A DNA stretch of 63,840 bases, counting the filler, from Aduncisulcus paluster (taxonomy: Eukaryota), in assembly GCA_024181965.1 (NCBI GenBank). It is 12 parts of 12 records of this genome, joined end to end, with 100 filler letters (N's around TTAATTAATTAA, not from the genome) between each part and the next. Parts side by side here need not be neighbours in the genome. Positions count along the whole stretch, not along the records: positions 34,333 to 48,942 come from BQXS01011378.1; positions 49,043 to 51,976 come from BQXS01011379.1; positions 52,077 to 55,429 come from BQXS01011380.1; positions 55,530 to 58,411 come from BQXS01011381.1; 8 more parts are not named here. The stretch is one strand, 5' to 3'. Position 1 is the stretch's first letter, and each line of letters opens with the position of its first letter. The position numbers and the translations under genes were made by a program. Under the pieces are notes generated by a model that saw only the letters and a program-made list of their open reading frames with translations, searched no databases and was not told the DNA's origin. This document shows, piece by piece, positions 46,805 through 58,511 of the stretch.

Positions 46805-47206
46805 CTATAGGCGGGTCATCAAATAAAGGAGCTCTTTTCTCCAGGCATCTTCGGGGAATTCAACGATTTCATAATCCCTTCTCGCAGAAGCGATGAAAAC
46901 GGCGATGCAATGTTTGCATGTAAGTGGTAATTCAAATGAAGGGTTTCGAGCAGCTTTTGAAAAGGCGTAACATGAACAAAATGGGCCCTCAGGTAATACC
47001 AAGTAAGGTTTTCGCTGCCCTTGGACAACCCAAAAAAAAGAACCATTTTTCTGTATGATTTTAGAAACTAAGCGGGCATCAACAAATTCAGTTGCATCAG
47101 AGGTAGCATTTGGAAATAATTTAAACAAAACTAATAAATTATCAGATGTTAGACCATCTTTGGATATTTTTTTGATTAGTTGATCCAGTATTAATTGTTG
47201 GATCAT
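46805..47206 (-). CDS. ZSWIM7: SWIM zinc-finger protein ZSWIM7/Sws1-like (Shu complex)
   Basis: FCSCYAF..CKHCIAV, preceded by ATEFVD and VQG..YLV; 133 aa, matching the family size. Confidence 0.75.
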   Translation of the reverse strand: MIQQLILDQLIKKISKDGLTSDNLLVLFKLFPNATSDATEFVDARLVSKIIQKNGSFFWVVQGQRKPYLVLPEGPFCSCYAFSKAARNPSFELPLTCKHCIAVFIASARRDYEIVEFPEDAWRKELLYLMTRL

Positions 47207-47592
47207 TTCACATTCGAAAACAAAAACAAAAAAATTGTTGAAAATAAAAAAAAATGTAGTTTATAGAAAAAATTTTCGTTATTCCGGAGAAATAGAACTG
47301 AAATTTTTAATATCAAGCAGAATGAGAATAATGAAACATAATGCCCTTCATTTTCATCGATCTAAACAAATTAAGATTATTTTACCCTTTTATGAGTTGA
47401 CAATTAAGTAAATGTAGTGAATCGATTTAAACACACACCCTAACACCAAATGAAACACTACAAGTGTATATAATGACAAATAATATATTACAAAATCGTT
47501 GGCAACTCAATAATAAGGGACAATTTCGTAGGAAACCTGATTTCCTCAGCGCAGGATCCAATTGAATTCAGATTGATCTTTTGTTAGAGAAA

Positions 47593-48906
47593 ATGGAATT
47601 GGATCCAAGTAAGTACCGCCTTATTCGTCTCTCCGCCATAGAAAAGCTCGAAAAGGAGCAGAAGATCAATCCCTGGCCCCATAAGTTTGGGGTTACCCAT
47701 TCCCTCCCCTCTATCCTTGAACTCGGGCCGGGGATTGATCTTGGCCAGCGGGACGAAGCAATATGCTCCACCGCTGGTCGCATTGTTGGAAAGCGAGCCG
47801 CCGGTTCCAAATTGTTTTTCTACACCATCCAGGCTGATGGTGTGGAGTTGCAAATTGTTGCTGATAAGCGTGCTGCTGATGGATATTTCTTTAACATTAA
47901 CAAACATACCCGTAGAGGTGATATTATTGGTGTTGTTGGTAATCCTGGCCGTACTAAGAAGGGAGAACTTTCCATTTTCGCCACTGAACTTCAATTACTT
48001 TCTCCTTGTTTCCACATGCTTCCTCGTAAGTTAGAGAATCCTGAGACTCGTTCTCGTAAGCGTTACCTCGATCTTATCGTGAATCCTGCAAACAGACAAA
48101 CGTTTATTACTCGTGCCAAGATTATTGCTCATATCCGTCGTTTCCTTGATGATATGGACTTTGTCGAAGTTGAAACCCCCACTTTCAACCCCATTCCAGG
48201 TGGTGCCACTGCTCGTCCCTTCATTACTCACCATAATGAGTTGGGTATGGAGTTGTTCATGAGGATTGCCCCTGAGCTATACCTCAAGAAGCTTATTGTC
48301 GGTGGTCTCGATCGTGTGTATGAGATTGGCAAGAGCTTCAGGAATGAGGGTATTGATGCAACTCACAACCCTGAGTTCACCACTATGGAAGCCTATTGGG
48401 CCTATGCTGACTACAAAGATCTTATGACCATGACAGAAAACCTTCTGAGCACAATTGTCAAAAAAATGACTGGCAGTTTTATTATTCCGTATACGCAGGC
48501 CAATGGAGAGAGTTACACGATTAACTTCACCCCTCCATTCAAGCGTATTGATTTTATGGAAGAGATCCAGCGTGTTGGTGAGTTCAAGATCCCTGAAAAG
48601 ATAAAAATTGGGAGCCCAGCTATGCTCAAGTTCCTCAAGAGGATTATTATAGAGAAGAAGATTGATGTTACCCCTCCCCTCACCATTGCCAGAATCCTGG
48701 ATACTCTTGCCGAGAAGTACATCGAAGAGAAGCACCGTGATCCCGTCTTCATCATGAACCATCCACAGATCATGAGTCCTCTTGCCAAGTACCACAGGGA
48801 TCGCCCTGGTGTTACGGAGAGGTTTGAACTTCAAGCTGGACCCTTCGAGCTCCTCAACGCTTACACTGAGCTTAACAACCCCATTGTCCAGCGTACCAAC
48901 TTTGAG
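47593..48906 (+). CDS. KARS: Class II lysyl-tRNA synthetase; C-terminus (motif 3) missing
   Basis: PWPHKF, RKRYLDL, EVETP, GGATARPFITHHN, RIAPELYLKKLIVGG, FRNEGID..HNPEFT, ELLNAYTELN. Confidence 0.95.
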
Positions 48907-49044
48907 TCAGAAATCAAAGTTCTCAAAACCAGTTTGTGAATCNNNNNNNNNNNNNNNNNNNNNNNNNNNNNNNNNNNNNNNNNNNNTTAATTAATTAANN
49001 NNNNNNNNNNNNNNNNNNNNNNNNNNNNNNNNNNNNNNNNNNAT

Positions 49045-50868
49045 TCGTATTCTTGCCCAAAGGAGAGGGGAAAGAGGAAGGCGCGTAAAGGTCGAACCGT
49101 ATGTGGCACACTTGCGTACAACTCTTATGAGGCTCTCAAAGGGAATCACAGCGACAAGAGCGATTCATACTCTCTTGGTCTGACTATTCTTGCCCTCTTC
49201 GAATGCCATGATCCATTTGTTAATATGGCTGTCTTTCGCGAAGTCACAGATACAGTTCAGTTCATGGGCACTCTTATGGAGCTCATCAAAGCGAATAATG
49301 TCCCAAAACTCTCCGAATCTCGTCTTTTCAGAACCCTAAAGACCATCGAAGGTGGTAAGTTCAGACCTGTTTATTCCTGTCTGAAAGCTGTGTTCAAAGG
49401 ATTGACAAAGTTTGATATCGATGAACGTATGAGTGTTCATGAAGCCTGTGAGAAAGTTCAGTCCATCAAACGTTTACTTCCAAAGATTGGAGAAGGGTGG
49501 AAATGTCCGTCCATTGACGATATTGTTCGGAGCAATATCAAGGAATATGGGGATGTCATAACCATTGAAGATCCTTCCGAAATTCCCGAGATCCCATTCA
49601 AGGGTAAGTTCGATAGTCGTATCTCAGGTGATGAAGAGGATAAGAAGGAACGAAAGGAGAAGGAAAGTGAAGAAGGGGGGGAACCAAAGGAGAAGGAACC
49701 AAAGGAGAAGGAACCAAAGGGGGGGAAACCAGAAGACGAGGGAGTTCCCAGACTATTGGAGAGCAATATATCTAAAGAACTTGAAGATATCAAGGTTTCT
49801 AGTCCTGTTCGTATTCCATCTCCAAAACTTGAAGACTTTGGATTTGTTGATTCTTCGTATCCTGCTGTGACCTTACCGCCTCCTCAATCATATGTTGAAT
49901 CCGAAGACTATGATATTCCAGTGACGAGTTCTTATTCTCATTCACCCTCATCACACAGACGCGACTATTACATCGCTTCAACTTCATCCTTGAAAAGCCG
50001 CGATGAGGTCTCTTTATCTCCTCTCCGTGAAGATTTACAATTTCCCCGAGATTTGTGGCATCGATCAATATTTTTCCAAAATGTTGAAGGTGTTCCAAGC
50101 GAGATTATGCAAGAATATGTTTATGAATGTGTACCAAACCCATGCAGTGTCAAGTTCCTTCCTATAAGAGGAAAACTTACTCAAAATATGATTATTACCT
50201 ATGATTCAAGGGAAGCAGCTAAAGATGGATTGAAGAAATTAAACTATGGTATGTGGACTGGGGAAGATGGTCATCATGGAGAGATTCGTTTCACTTGGTA
50301 TGATCCAAAGGGGGAATATAAGAATCCAAAAGCCAATATTATTGTTAAAAATCTCCCTTCAATCGCTTCTTCGAGTGATATTGACAAAGAATTCTCAGGT
50401 TTTGGGGAGATTTTCTCAATACTTAAGAAATCAACCCACGCATATATTCAATATATGGAGGAATCCTCAGCTCTCACAGCCATTCGACACATGAATGGAA
50501 TGCATTGGCTTGATAATTGTCTATCTGTGGAACTATTTACGCCAAGCGCTGAACGGAATACAAATGTATATGTCAAGTTCCTTCCCAAACAGATGACCTC
50601 TTCCGAGTTTGAGGCTTTAATGGGTCGTTTTGGAACAGTTTCATCAGCCAAACTTATTCTCGCCGATGGAGTTGGTCGTTCAGCCAAGGATGAAGTTAAC
50701 AAAGGTTATGGGTATTGTTCTTACGTATCTTATGAAGCTGCCTGCAATGCTATACGAGAATTGGACGGGGTTGAATTGCCAGGATGTGAAAAGAATATTC
50801 ATATCGAGCATTATGAATCTGCTAAGCATAGAAGCCGCAGAAAATCCAGAAAATATCGTAAATTTTAG
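49045..50868 (+). CDS. Lineage-expanded kinase C-lobe fused to three PABP-like RRMs (5' truncated)
   Basis: CGTLAYNSYEAL, SDSYSLG in frame upstream of 49225; ANIIVKNL, AYIQY, TNVYVKFL, KGYGYCSY RNP motifs. Confidence 0.8.
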   Translation, partial: SYSCPKERGKRKARKGRTVCGTLAYNSYEALKGNHSDKSDSYSLGLTILALFECHDPFVNMAVFREVTDTVQFMGTLMELIKANNVPKLSESRLFRTLKTIEGGKFRPVYSCLKAVFKGLTKFDIDERMSVHEACEKVQSIKRLLPKIGEGWKCPSIDDIVRSNIKEYGDVITIEDPSEIPEIPFKGKFDSRISGDEEDKKERKEKESEEGGEPKEKEPKEKEPKGGKPEDEGVPRLLESNISKELEDIKVSSPVRIPSPKLEDFGFVDSSYPAVTLPPPQSYVESEDYDIPVTSSYSHSPSSHRRDYYIASTSSLKSRDEVSLSPLREDLQFPRDLWHRSIFFQNVEGVPSEIMQEYVYECVPNPCSVKFLPIRGKLTQNMIITYDSREAAKDGLKKLNYGMWTGEDGHHGEIRFTWYDPKGEYKNPKANIIVKNLPSIASSSDIDKEFSGFGEIFSILKKSTHAYIQYMEESSALTAIRHMNGMHWLDNCLSVELFTPSAERNTNVYVKFLPKQMTSSEFEALMGRFGTVSSAKLILADGVGRSAKDEVNKGYGYCSYVSYEAACNAIRELDGVELPGCEKNIHIEHYESAKHRSRRKSRKYRKF

Positions 50869-50909
50869 ATTCATAAATGTGTTCTTATTTCATTTATTCT
50901 CAACTATTC

Positions 50910-51976
50910 TTATTCAGGACTATATGAATCTGCATCATATTGTCCAAAGAATTTCTTGAACACTGCGGCAATTTGATCATACCCCCTTGAGGATATCACT
51001 GATGACATTGCCAACCAGTCGCTGAGTCGTGACTTGAGATATTCCTTTGAATACCTCTCATCAACAAAGACGATGGACGCATAGTCCTTACTGTGCCGAA
51101 TAGCTCGACCAGCTGCTTGATTGACTTTTCTCATCGCATCTCCAATATACCATTGTTGAGAGAGTTTCTTGCCCAAAATATGGGATCTGGCAGCAAGAAG
51201 AGGGGAGACCATGGATGAGAAAGGAACGGACACTATCACAACAAGCCTAGCCAAATTATCAGAGAAATCAAGACCTTCACTCACTTTTCCACCTGCCACA
51301 GCAAATAAAATTGGAGCATTTACACTGCATTTCTTTGTGGGGTTTGATCTTCTTGACTTTTTCACCAAATATTCATATTTTTGTAACACTTTTCTCGTCG
51401 ATATTGCATCTTGCGTTTCACAGAGGCATACTCGGTTTCCAAAGATATAAATAGGAACATCCTTGTCCTTACATATTCCACTTGATTCAAGAAAAGATGT
51501 TGAGAAAGTTGAAGAAGAAGAAGAAGAAGAAGAAGAAGAAGGTGAATGGATTTGTAATCGTTTAGCTCGAATTCCAACTGAAATAAAATGTTTCAAAAAT
51601 GCCATAGATGGGAAGAAATAAACACAACCGCCATTAAAAGGAACCTGTGAGGCGAGCAATTCGAATCCATCAAACATTGACCGCAATATACATTCAGACC
51701 GATTGGCCATTGTGAGCGGCAAAGGTGTTGAATAAGTAGGGAAACCAGGGGTCGTGTGGATGAATACACGTCGGTGTGATAGTGGAGAAACATGAGAAAA
51801 TACTTGACTATAAATAGAACTTTGAGAAACTTTTGGAAACAAAGAGGATGTGAAGAAAGAAATTGGGGATAGTGTTCCAGCAACAAAGAATGCACTCCTG
51901 GCGACCTTGAGGATATAATCGAGGCTCCCACTGTTGTCAATTCGAGTGATTTCAAAAGAAAAAGGTGTTTTCATTC
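50910..51976 (-). CDS. XPD-family helicase C-terminus, DDX11/CHL1-like (5' truncated)
   Basis: AGTLSP, FFPSM, AVAGGKVSEGLDFSDNLAR, VNQAAGRAIRHSKDYASIVFVDERY. Confidence 0.85.
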
Positions 51977-52405
51977 NNNNNNNNNNNNNNNNNNNNNNNN
52001 NNNNNNNNNNNNNNNNNNNNTTAATTAATTAANNNNNNNNNNNNNNNNNNNNNNNNNNNNNNNNNNNNNNNNNNNNGATATAGTTTACGAGTTAATGAGA
52101 ATCAGCTGGATGTTCAACCACCACCGGAAGCCTTGATACCGTCGTGTTACTGTATTGAACTACCTGGAAGATGGACATAATGTTGTTGTTTTACTTTTAA
52201 ATGGGTCATTAATGATTAATCATTGATGAAGAAATAAATGTTCGATTATTTCACTCTCATTGCCCATCCTTGTAAAACCAAGAGAGGAGCTGTAGAGGCT
52301 ACGACTTATTGCTTATCCATCCATGACACGGATTCCATTCCATTCAATCTCACGCAATACATGCGTAAAAAACAATACCACATGAGTGATATTAGCACTC
52401 TTGGA

Positions 52406-53524
52406 TTATTTCCAAGGTAGAGAAGATAATCTTTCAGATCTAATGATTTCTTCTGACAGAGTAAAAACAAGGGAGTAGATGAAGAAAAATCGACTATTCT
52501 CATAATACCACATTCCTTTCCCTTCAACCTCACATAATACAACGTTAGCCAAATCAATGGGAAGGAAGAGGCATTCATATTCATGTTCAGATCTGGCGAA
52601 TTCATACTTCTTGAATGTTTTCTTACCATCACAATCAGTGAAAGTGAAGAGAAGAGAGGGTGAACCCAAATCTTTATCCACACAGATATAAGCACCTTTC
52701 ATTGGACAAGGTGATGGGAAAGGGATGGAAAGATGAGATAAGGCAACGTCACCTTCCCCCTTTAACATTCTTTGTGCATTTGAACTCTGATCATAATGTT
52801 CAGAATCATTTCCATAAGCATCATTCTTGCACTTAACCATTGAGAATGAAGGATCTACAAGTTTTGGATCATCTCGTGGAATGGGAATGGGAATAGAATC
52901 TCCAGGTTTTGATTTATAATCTCCTTTCTTTACAAACTCTGGTTTCACGACTGGAGTTTCACACCATAGTTTCTCTTTGGATTCACGAAATATTGTTTCA
53001 TCAAAAAGTTCTTCTCTGTCAATGAAAACAATAGATTTGATATCAAAATAGCTTTTCTCTTTCTGTCTTCCTTTCCCTGTAATCTCACACAGATCAACAT
53101 CAGAGAGATCAACAGGAAGGAAATACCAATGCAATCTATAAAATTCAGGAAAATCGTATCTCTTGGATATCTTCTCTCCTTTTGACGATGTGAAAGTGAA
53201 GAGGAGATGCGATGGAGGTGAAGAATATCCTGATAGACAGATATAAGCACCTTTCATTGGGGATGATGATGAAGAGAAAGGAATGGAGATATGGGTAAAA
53301 TGTCCGCTATTATGCTCTCCTTTCATCATCTCTTGTGCTTCAGAACTCTGATCGTACTTTTCATCGCCTTCTTCCTTGGTTCCATCGATTGCTTTGATTG
53401 TTGGAAACTCTGGAATCTTAATATTGGGGGCATCTCCAGGAATTGGACAACACCAACTACTTCCTTTATGAATAAACACTGGATCCACATTTATAGTTTG
53501 AATTACACCAGTGGATGAAATCAT
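52406..53524 (-). CDS. Lineage-specific two-repeat protein (SIPF..PMKGAYI family), intact
   Basis: 372 aa; two internal copies of about 170 aa; ends ERLSSLPWK like the paralog at 38521. Confidence 0.8.
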   Translation of the reverse strand: MISSTGVIQTINVDPVFIHKGSSWCCPIPGDAPNIKIPEFPTIKAIDGTKEEGDEKYDQSSEAQEMMKGEHNSGHFTHISIPFSSSSSPMKGAYICLSGYSSPPSHLLFTFTSSKGEKISKRYDFPEFYRLHWYFLPVDLSDVDLCEITGKGRQKEKSYFDIKSIVFIDREELFDETIFRESKEKLWCETPVVKPEFVKKGDYKSKPGDSIPIPIPRDDPKLVDPSFSMVKCKNDAYGNDSEHYDQSSNAQRMLKGEGDVALSHLSIPFPSPCPMKGAYICVDKDLGSPSLLFTFTDCDGKKTFKKYEFARSEHEYECLFLPIDLANVVLCEVEGKGMWYYENSRFFFIYSLVFTLSEEIIRSERLSSLPWK

Positions 53525-53560
53525 TTGTATATAGATAGAATATTATCTGAAAAAATGATA

Positions 53561-53653
53561 ACAATAACGAACAATAACGAACAATAACGAATAATAACGA
53601 ATAATAACGAACAATAACGAATAATAACGAACAATAACGAACAATAACGAACA
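53561..53653. repeat. 10-bp minisatellite (AYAATAACGA) x9 just upstream of the gene start
   Basis: Direct reading. Confidence 0.95.
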
Positions 53654-54824
53654 AGAACAAGAAATATCCACACAGCACAATATAGTGAGTATAATTGAAC
53701 AACAATAATTAAAACATGTCTTATTACGTATTAAATGAAATAACTAACATACAGTAAATTTCGGAGTTCTTCCAAAACAGGAAAAGCTGACGACCAAAAC
53801 ACACAAATCCGGGATTGCCAAGCTTGGAAAGTTATATTATAGAATATATAAATAAAAATATATAATCATTTTTCTTTGAACCATATATTGCATGCCATCC
53901 TTGTGAATCCACTCCTGACAATGCTATACAAAATCGTTTCCTAATTCCCAACATTTGCCAACACATCAAATTATAAAGTTCCTCTCCATGATGCTAAGTT
54001 CATGTTATAATCCGTGAATATCATCGTCTCGGGTCTTCTATTGCTGGTTTGGTGGGTTTTTTTCCCATGGTTTTTGGTAATTCAATTACTATCTTGCTTT
54101 TAGCCCGTTAGAGCGATTTTTTTGCTGTTGTTAAAGCTCTTTTCAATTTTTCTAAAGCCTGTATCGAGTCCCGATGCTTTATTTCTGACATATGCGATGT
54201 ATCCTTGTTTTCAGTACCAGAATGCCATTCTTGTAATCAAGCTCCATTTCATGTCTTTTTCAGTTTCAGTTTATCCGAAGGCATCATTTCAGAAACTCCA
54301 AGATACGAATCAATCAATGAAATTCATGTTTAAATTCTGATAGTTTGGTTCGGGGTGCTGATTAATATTTCAAGCTGGAATTTTCTACAAGATACAACCA
54401 ATTTTATTATTATTTGTTCCAGTGTGGCAAGCCTTGTCACATTGTGATACAACAACAAAACTAGATACTAAATTTGAAAAATATAGTTTTATAATAATTC
54501 CAAGCACATTAATGTATGTGTTTTGAATAATTATTTGAGAAAGCTTCTTAATCACTTGAGATAACCACAAAGAGTATTATGAGATTATTTTAAGGTCAAT
54601 GAACATCAGAGAAGATAAAAATAGAAATATAAACAATGGAAAAAGAGAGAAAATGATGTTGCAAAGAAAAGCAAAGAAAATGTGGATAATAATGATATAA
54701 TAAAGATATTCATTTGAGCTCTATAAAAAAAATAAAATATTACGATGAAGAAATATGCTAATATTAGTGTACATAAATACAGATATTCAGATATTTATAT
54801 CTATCTATCAAATACAATGAGATA

Positions 54825-55427
54825 TCATTTCCATGGTTTTCTCTCTACTTTTTTCCTTGAAGCTTTTGTAGCTTTTGTAGATCTCTTTTTAAATACAGGT
54901 GACCTTGCTCTGCTTTCTGTATGTGTCCTTGGATCTCTTGAATCCATTCCTGTTTCCATTGTACCATCCTTGTAAGAATCTGCTGAGGCTCTCCTGGCCC
55001 TTACAGTAAGGTTGAATGGTTTTTGTTGCACAGCTTTTTGTTGCACAGGGTGTCTCGATTGTGAATGTGATGATGGCATAATCCTTGATCCGTTGTACTG
55101 ACCACCGGTATACTGACCACCGGTATACTGACCACTAATGGAAGGATGAGTAGTATCTCTAGTAGTTGTTGATGGATGTTGATGTTGAGTGTATGAGGGA
55201 GGATATTGTTGAGGAGGTGGCCCATATGATGGCTGTGGGTATGCTTGAGACTGAGGTTGACGGTGATGTGATGAGAAGTCCCCTCCTTGATGGTCATAAG
55301 GATGAGAAGGAGGATGGCTTGGATATGTCGGACGTTGAGGATATGAAAAGTCTCCGCCGAACCCACCTTGGTCATATTGACGGGGAGATTCAACAGATCG
55401 TGGGAAAGATCGAGGATAATGGGTTGA
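54825..55427 (-). CDS. 3' end of a P/Q/Y/S-rich low-complexity protein with basic tail (5' truncated)
   Basis: Frame of ORF 54825-55079 is open to the contig end: STHYPRSF..QPSYGPPPQQYPPSY..GQYTGGQYTGGQY. Confidence 0.7.
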   Translation of the reverse strand, partial: STHYPRSFPRSVESPRQYDQGGFGGDFSYPQRPTYPSHPPSHPYDHQGGDFSSHHRQPQSQAYPQPSYGPPPQQYPPSYTQHQHPSTTTRDTTHPSISGQYTGGQYTGGQYNGSRIMPSSHSQSRHPVQQKAVQQKPFNLTVRARRASADSYKDGTMETGMDSRDPRTHTESRARSPVFKKRSTKATKASRKKVERKPWK

Positions 55428-55529
55428 ACNNNNNNNNNNNNNNNNNNNNNNNNNNNNNNNNNNNNNNNNNNNNTTAATTAATTAANNNNNNNNNNNNNNN
55501 NNNNNNNNNNNNNNNNNNNNNNNNNNNNN

Positions 55530-57793
55530 CTGCCGACTCTACCAATGTTTCGTTGACGGAGCTGATAATGAATGGTGTGTCATTGTATGATGATGTTGCA
55601 GAAACAACTTCATTGTTTGATCCATCCATTCTTGAGAGTTTCTCTTCCATTTCATCCTTAGGCCTTGCATCCCTGGGTCTTGTAGATTCCGATCTCTTAT
55701 CCATTGTGCATCTTGCTCTCGATGAGTTGAATGTTGCACACAATTCCCTTGTTGACATCTCTCCTTTATATCATCTGAATGGTGACTTGGCCACTCTTGA
55801 CATCAGTTACAATTCCATCTGTCTTGATGGAGTTGATTATGATGATGGTTCTGCATTGTATGATTTCTTCCCTGGAGCTGATGCAAGTTCTAATCCTCCT
55901 TCCATCACATCTTCCTCACAGGACACTTCTTCCTGTGGTTTCTGTTCATCCTCTGAGACTACTGGAGATGGTGCTGGTGATCCCGTTATTCATTGTTCAG
56001 ATACTTCTTCTGCCGCGTCCCTTTCCTCCAACACGATATGTCGTAAAGTGTGGGACTGGACGGAAACTGTTGAAGAAGCAGATGATGGCTCTGGTGGAGT
56101 GACCACAACAACCACTACTTCTTCCCACGAACAATGGAGTGTGGAGTGTAATTTGTATAGTTACAAAGTAGACAATGGAGATGAATCTTCAAGTTCATGT
56201 GTGTCATATCTTGATGAATTGGATAACTACACTCCTCCTGACATATTCCCATCTTGTGTGAAATCGTCTGCATTCAATACAAATTCTGAGTGTTGTAGCA
56301 TTGATGGCACAGAAACATCGTGTATTGAAGGATGGTATGGTGATGAATCATCGTGTGAGTATGAATGTGCTATTATTATTACTGCTGATGATGTAAATTC
56401 CATGTGTAGTGAAGTTTATGGGTATGGAACATGTGACATTTCCACACATGTCTGTTCGTGCTCTGAGGGTTATGAAGGAGACATCTGTGAATATCTCGCA
56501 TATGACTCACTTGAAGAGTTTATATGTGCAAATAGTGATGATTCTTCCATTGTGGAGGTATCTGAAGGAGCAAGCATTGAATGTGTTGGAGAATTATGTT
56601 CAGTGATAAATCCTACTCTTTATGCTTTCATATGTAACAATTTAGGAGATTCTTCGAAAGTCAAGTTACTATCAGAGCAAACCATAGTATGTTTTGGTGT
56701 TGACTCGAACGAGATGCTCCCATCCGATTTATCCAAGGTGAAATACTTGAATTTATCGACTGAAAGTGGTAAAATTACAACATTAGAAGGGCTTTCTATC
56801 GCAACAAACCTTGAAACATTGTATATTTCAAACTTGATGTTCGATCCTGATGAATATTCCTCATTGAATTTGTCTTTATTGCAAGACCTGTCCAACCTTA
56901 CATCATTGAATATTGTTGGCTCGAATGTTATTCTTGATGATGGTTCAAATCTCCCCTTTTCATTAATCAACATCAACATTAGCAACACTCATCAAAGATC
57001 CTTTGAATATATTCCTTCGGGGCTCCAGACTTTGAATGCCAATTCATGTCCTAATCTGAGAAGTTCCTTGGATCAATTGAAGAAATTCGAAGATCTCAAT
57101 GTTTTGTATCTTTCTAATTGTCAGATATCTGATCCATCCCCATTGTATGTGCTTGATTCTCAGCTGACAACACTCGATGTCTCTTACAATTTCATTTGTG
57201 GAAGTGATTTGAATTATATCATAAACTCAAAATTTGCTGATATCAATTCACTCTCGTTGGCTCATCAAACATGTACAAATTCTGGACTTGTAATTTCCTC
57301 CACTATTTCCCATGTTTCCGTCAATTCGATTATCATTGGTATAATTTCCGGATTGATTGTTGTCGGATTAATTGGTGGTGGGTGTGCTATACGATCCAAA
57401 ATGCGTAAGAAAGATGATAGTGATGCTAGGGTTCATGCATCGGATGGCATTGTTCCTCCTGTTTCTACATTATCCTTGACTCATGCAGATGATGATATTA
57501 GTGTATCCGATACTGATTCTCATTCTCATTCTCGTTCTCATTCTCATTCTCGTTCCTCCTCTTCGGATTCCCCATCTTCACCACATTTACCCCCAAGCTC
57601 ATCCTTTCATGGACCAAAATCTGAATCCAAACCCATGATATCATCTTCTTCTGCGGCTTCATCATCTGTACCATCCTTACACGGCCTGCACAAAGAGGGA
57701 AAATATTCAGTCCCAAAAGAAACCAAACAGAAGAAACATAAACCCAAGCACGACTTGTTATCGCATACCCTGACATCTGCATCCATCCGCTGA
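55530..57793 (+). CDS. LRR + Cys-rich/EGF-like single-pass membrane protein (5' truncated); probable ectodomain of a receptor kinase
   Basis: LxxLxLSxN repeats, CSCSEGYEGDIC EGF motif, TM segment IIIGIISGLIVVGLIGGGCAI followed by RSKMRKK. Confidence 0.85.
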
Positions 57794-58411
57794 CTTCACA
57801 GTGCATCATTGGTAGTGGTGGGTTCGGAGAGGTTCTTCTTGTTCTTATTGATGTTACTGGCATTCCTTTCCCATGTGTTCTGAAGAAGATGCTTCGGATT
57901 GCGGATGAAAAGGTTGTGCAAAAGTGTTGGGAGGAGTTTAAAGTGCAACTCAAGTTGTTTAAGAAGTTCAACAATCCCAAATGTGTCAACCGTATCCCAC
58001 GTCCTCTGTATATCCTTGACCTGCTTGATTCCGATATGAAAGGTGTGTATGGTTTCCTGATGGAGTTCTGTATTGGAGGCAGTGTTACCGACTTTGCTAG
58101 GAGTTGGTGTGCTGGAGGGAAGAAGGTACATTCCATCTCAAGAACTGTGTCAAAATGCAAGGATTCTGAATCTGAATTTGAATCTGAAGACTCAAGCTCT
58201 GACTTTGACTCTGACTCTGATTCTGATTATGACTCAAGCTCCACTCGCATTGACCCCATGACCCTTGATCCTCTGAGAGTGAGTGCATTGTGTGTTGGAA
58301 TGATTGAATGTCTTTCCGAAGTGTTCAAAGCCAAGTCCGACCTTATTCACCGAGACATTAAACCTGACAACTTCCTTATTCGTGTTGATCCGAAAGATGG
58401 AGAATGCACCG
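57788..58411 (+). CDS. Protein kinase N-lobe to catalytic loop (3' truncated), -1 frame continuation of the LRR gene
   Basis: IGSGGFGEV, CVLKK, LMEFC, IHRDIKPDN; no ATG before the Gly loop. Confidence 0.85.
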
Positions 58412-58511
58412 NNNNNNNNNNNNNNNNNNNNNNNNNNNNNNNNNNNNNNNNNNNNTTAATTAATTAANNNNNNNNNNNNNNNNNNNNNNNNNNNNNNNNN
58501 NNNNNNNNNNN

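Noticed and set aside
53880-54345. Possible decayed transposon ORF on the minus strand
   Set aside because: Multiple stops and no diagnostic motif.
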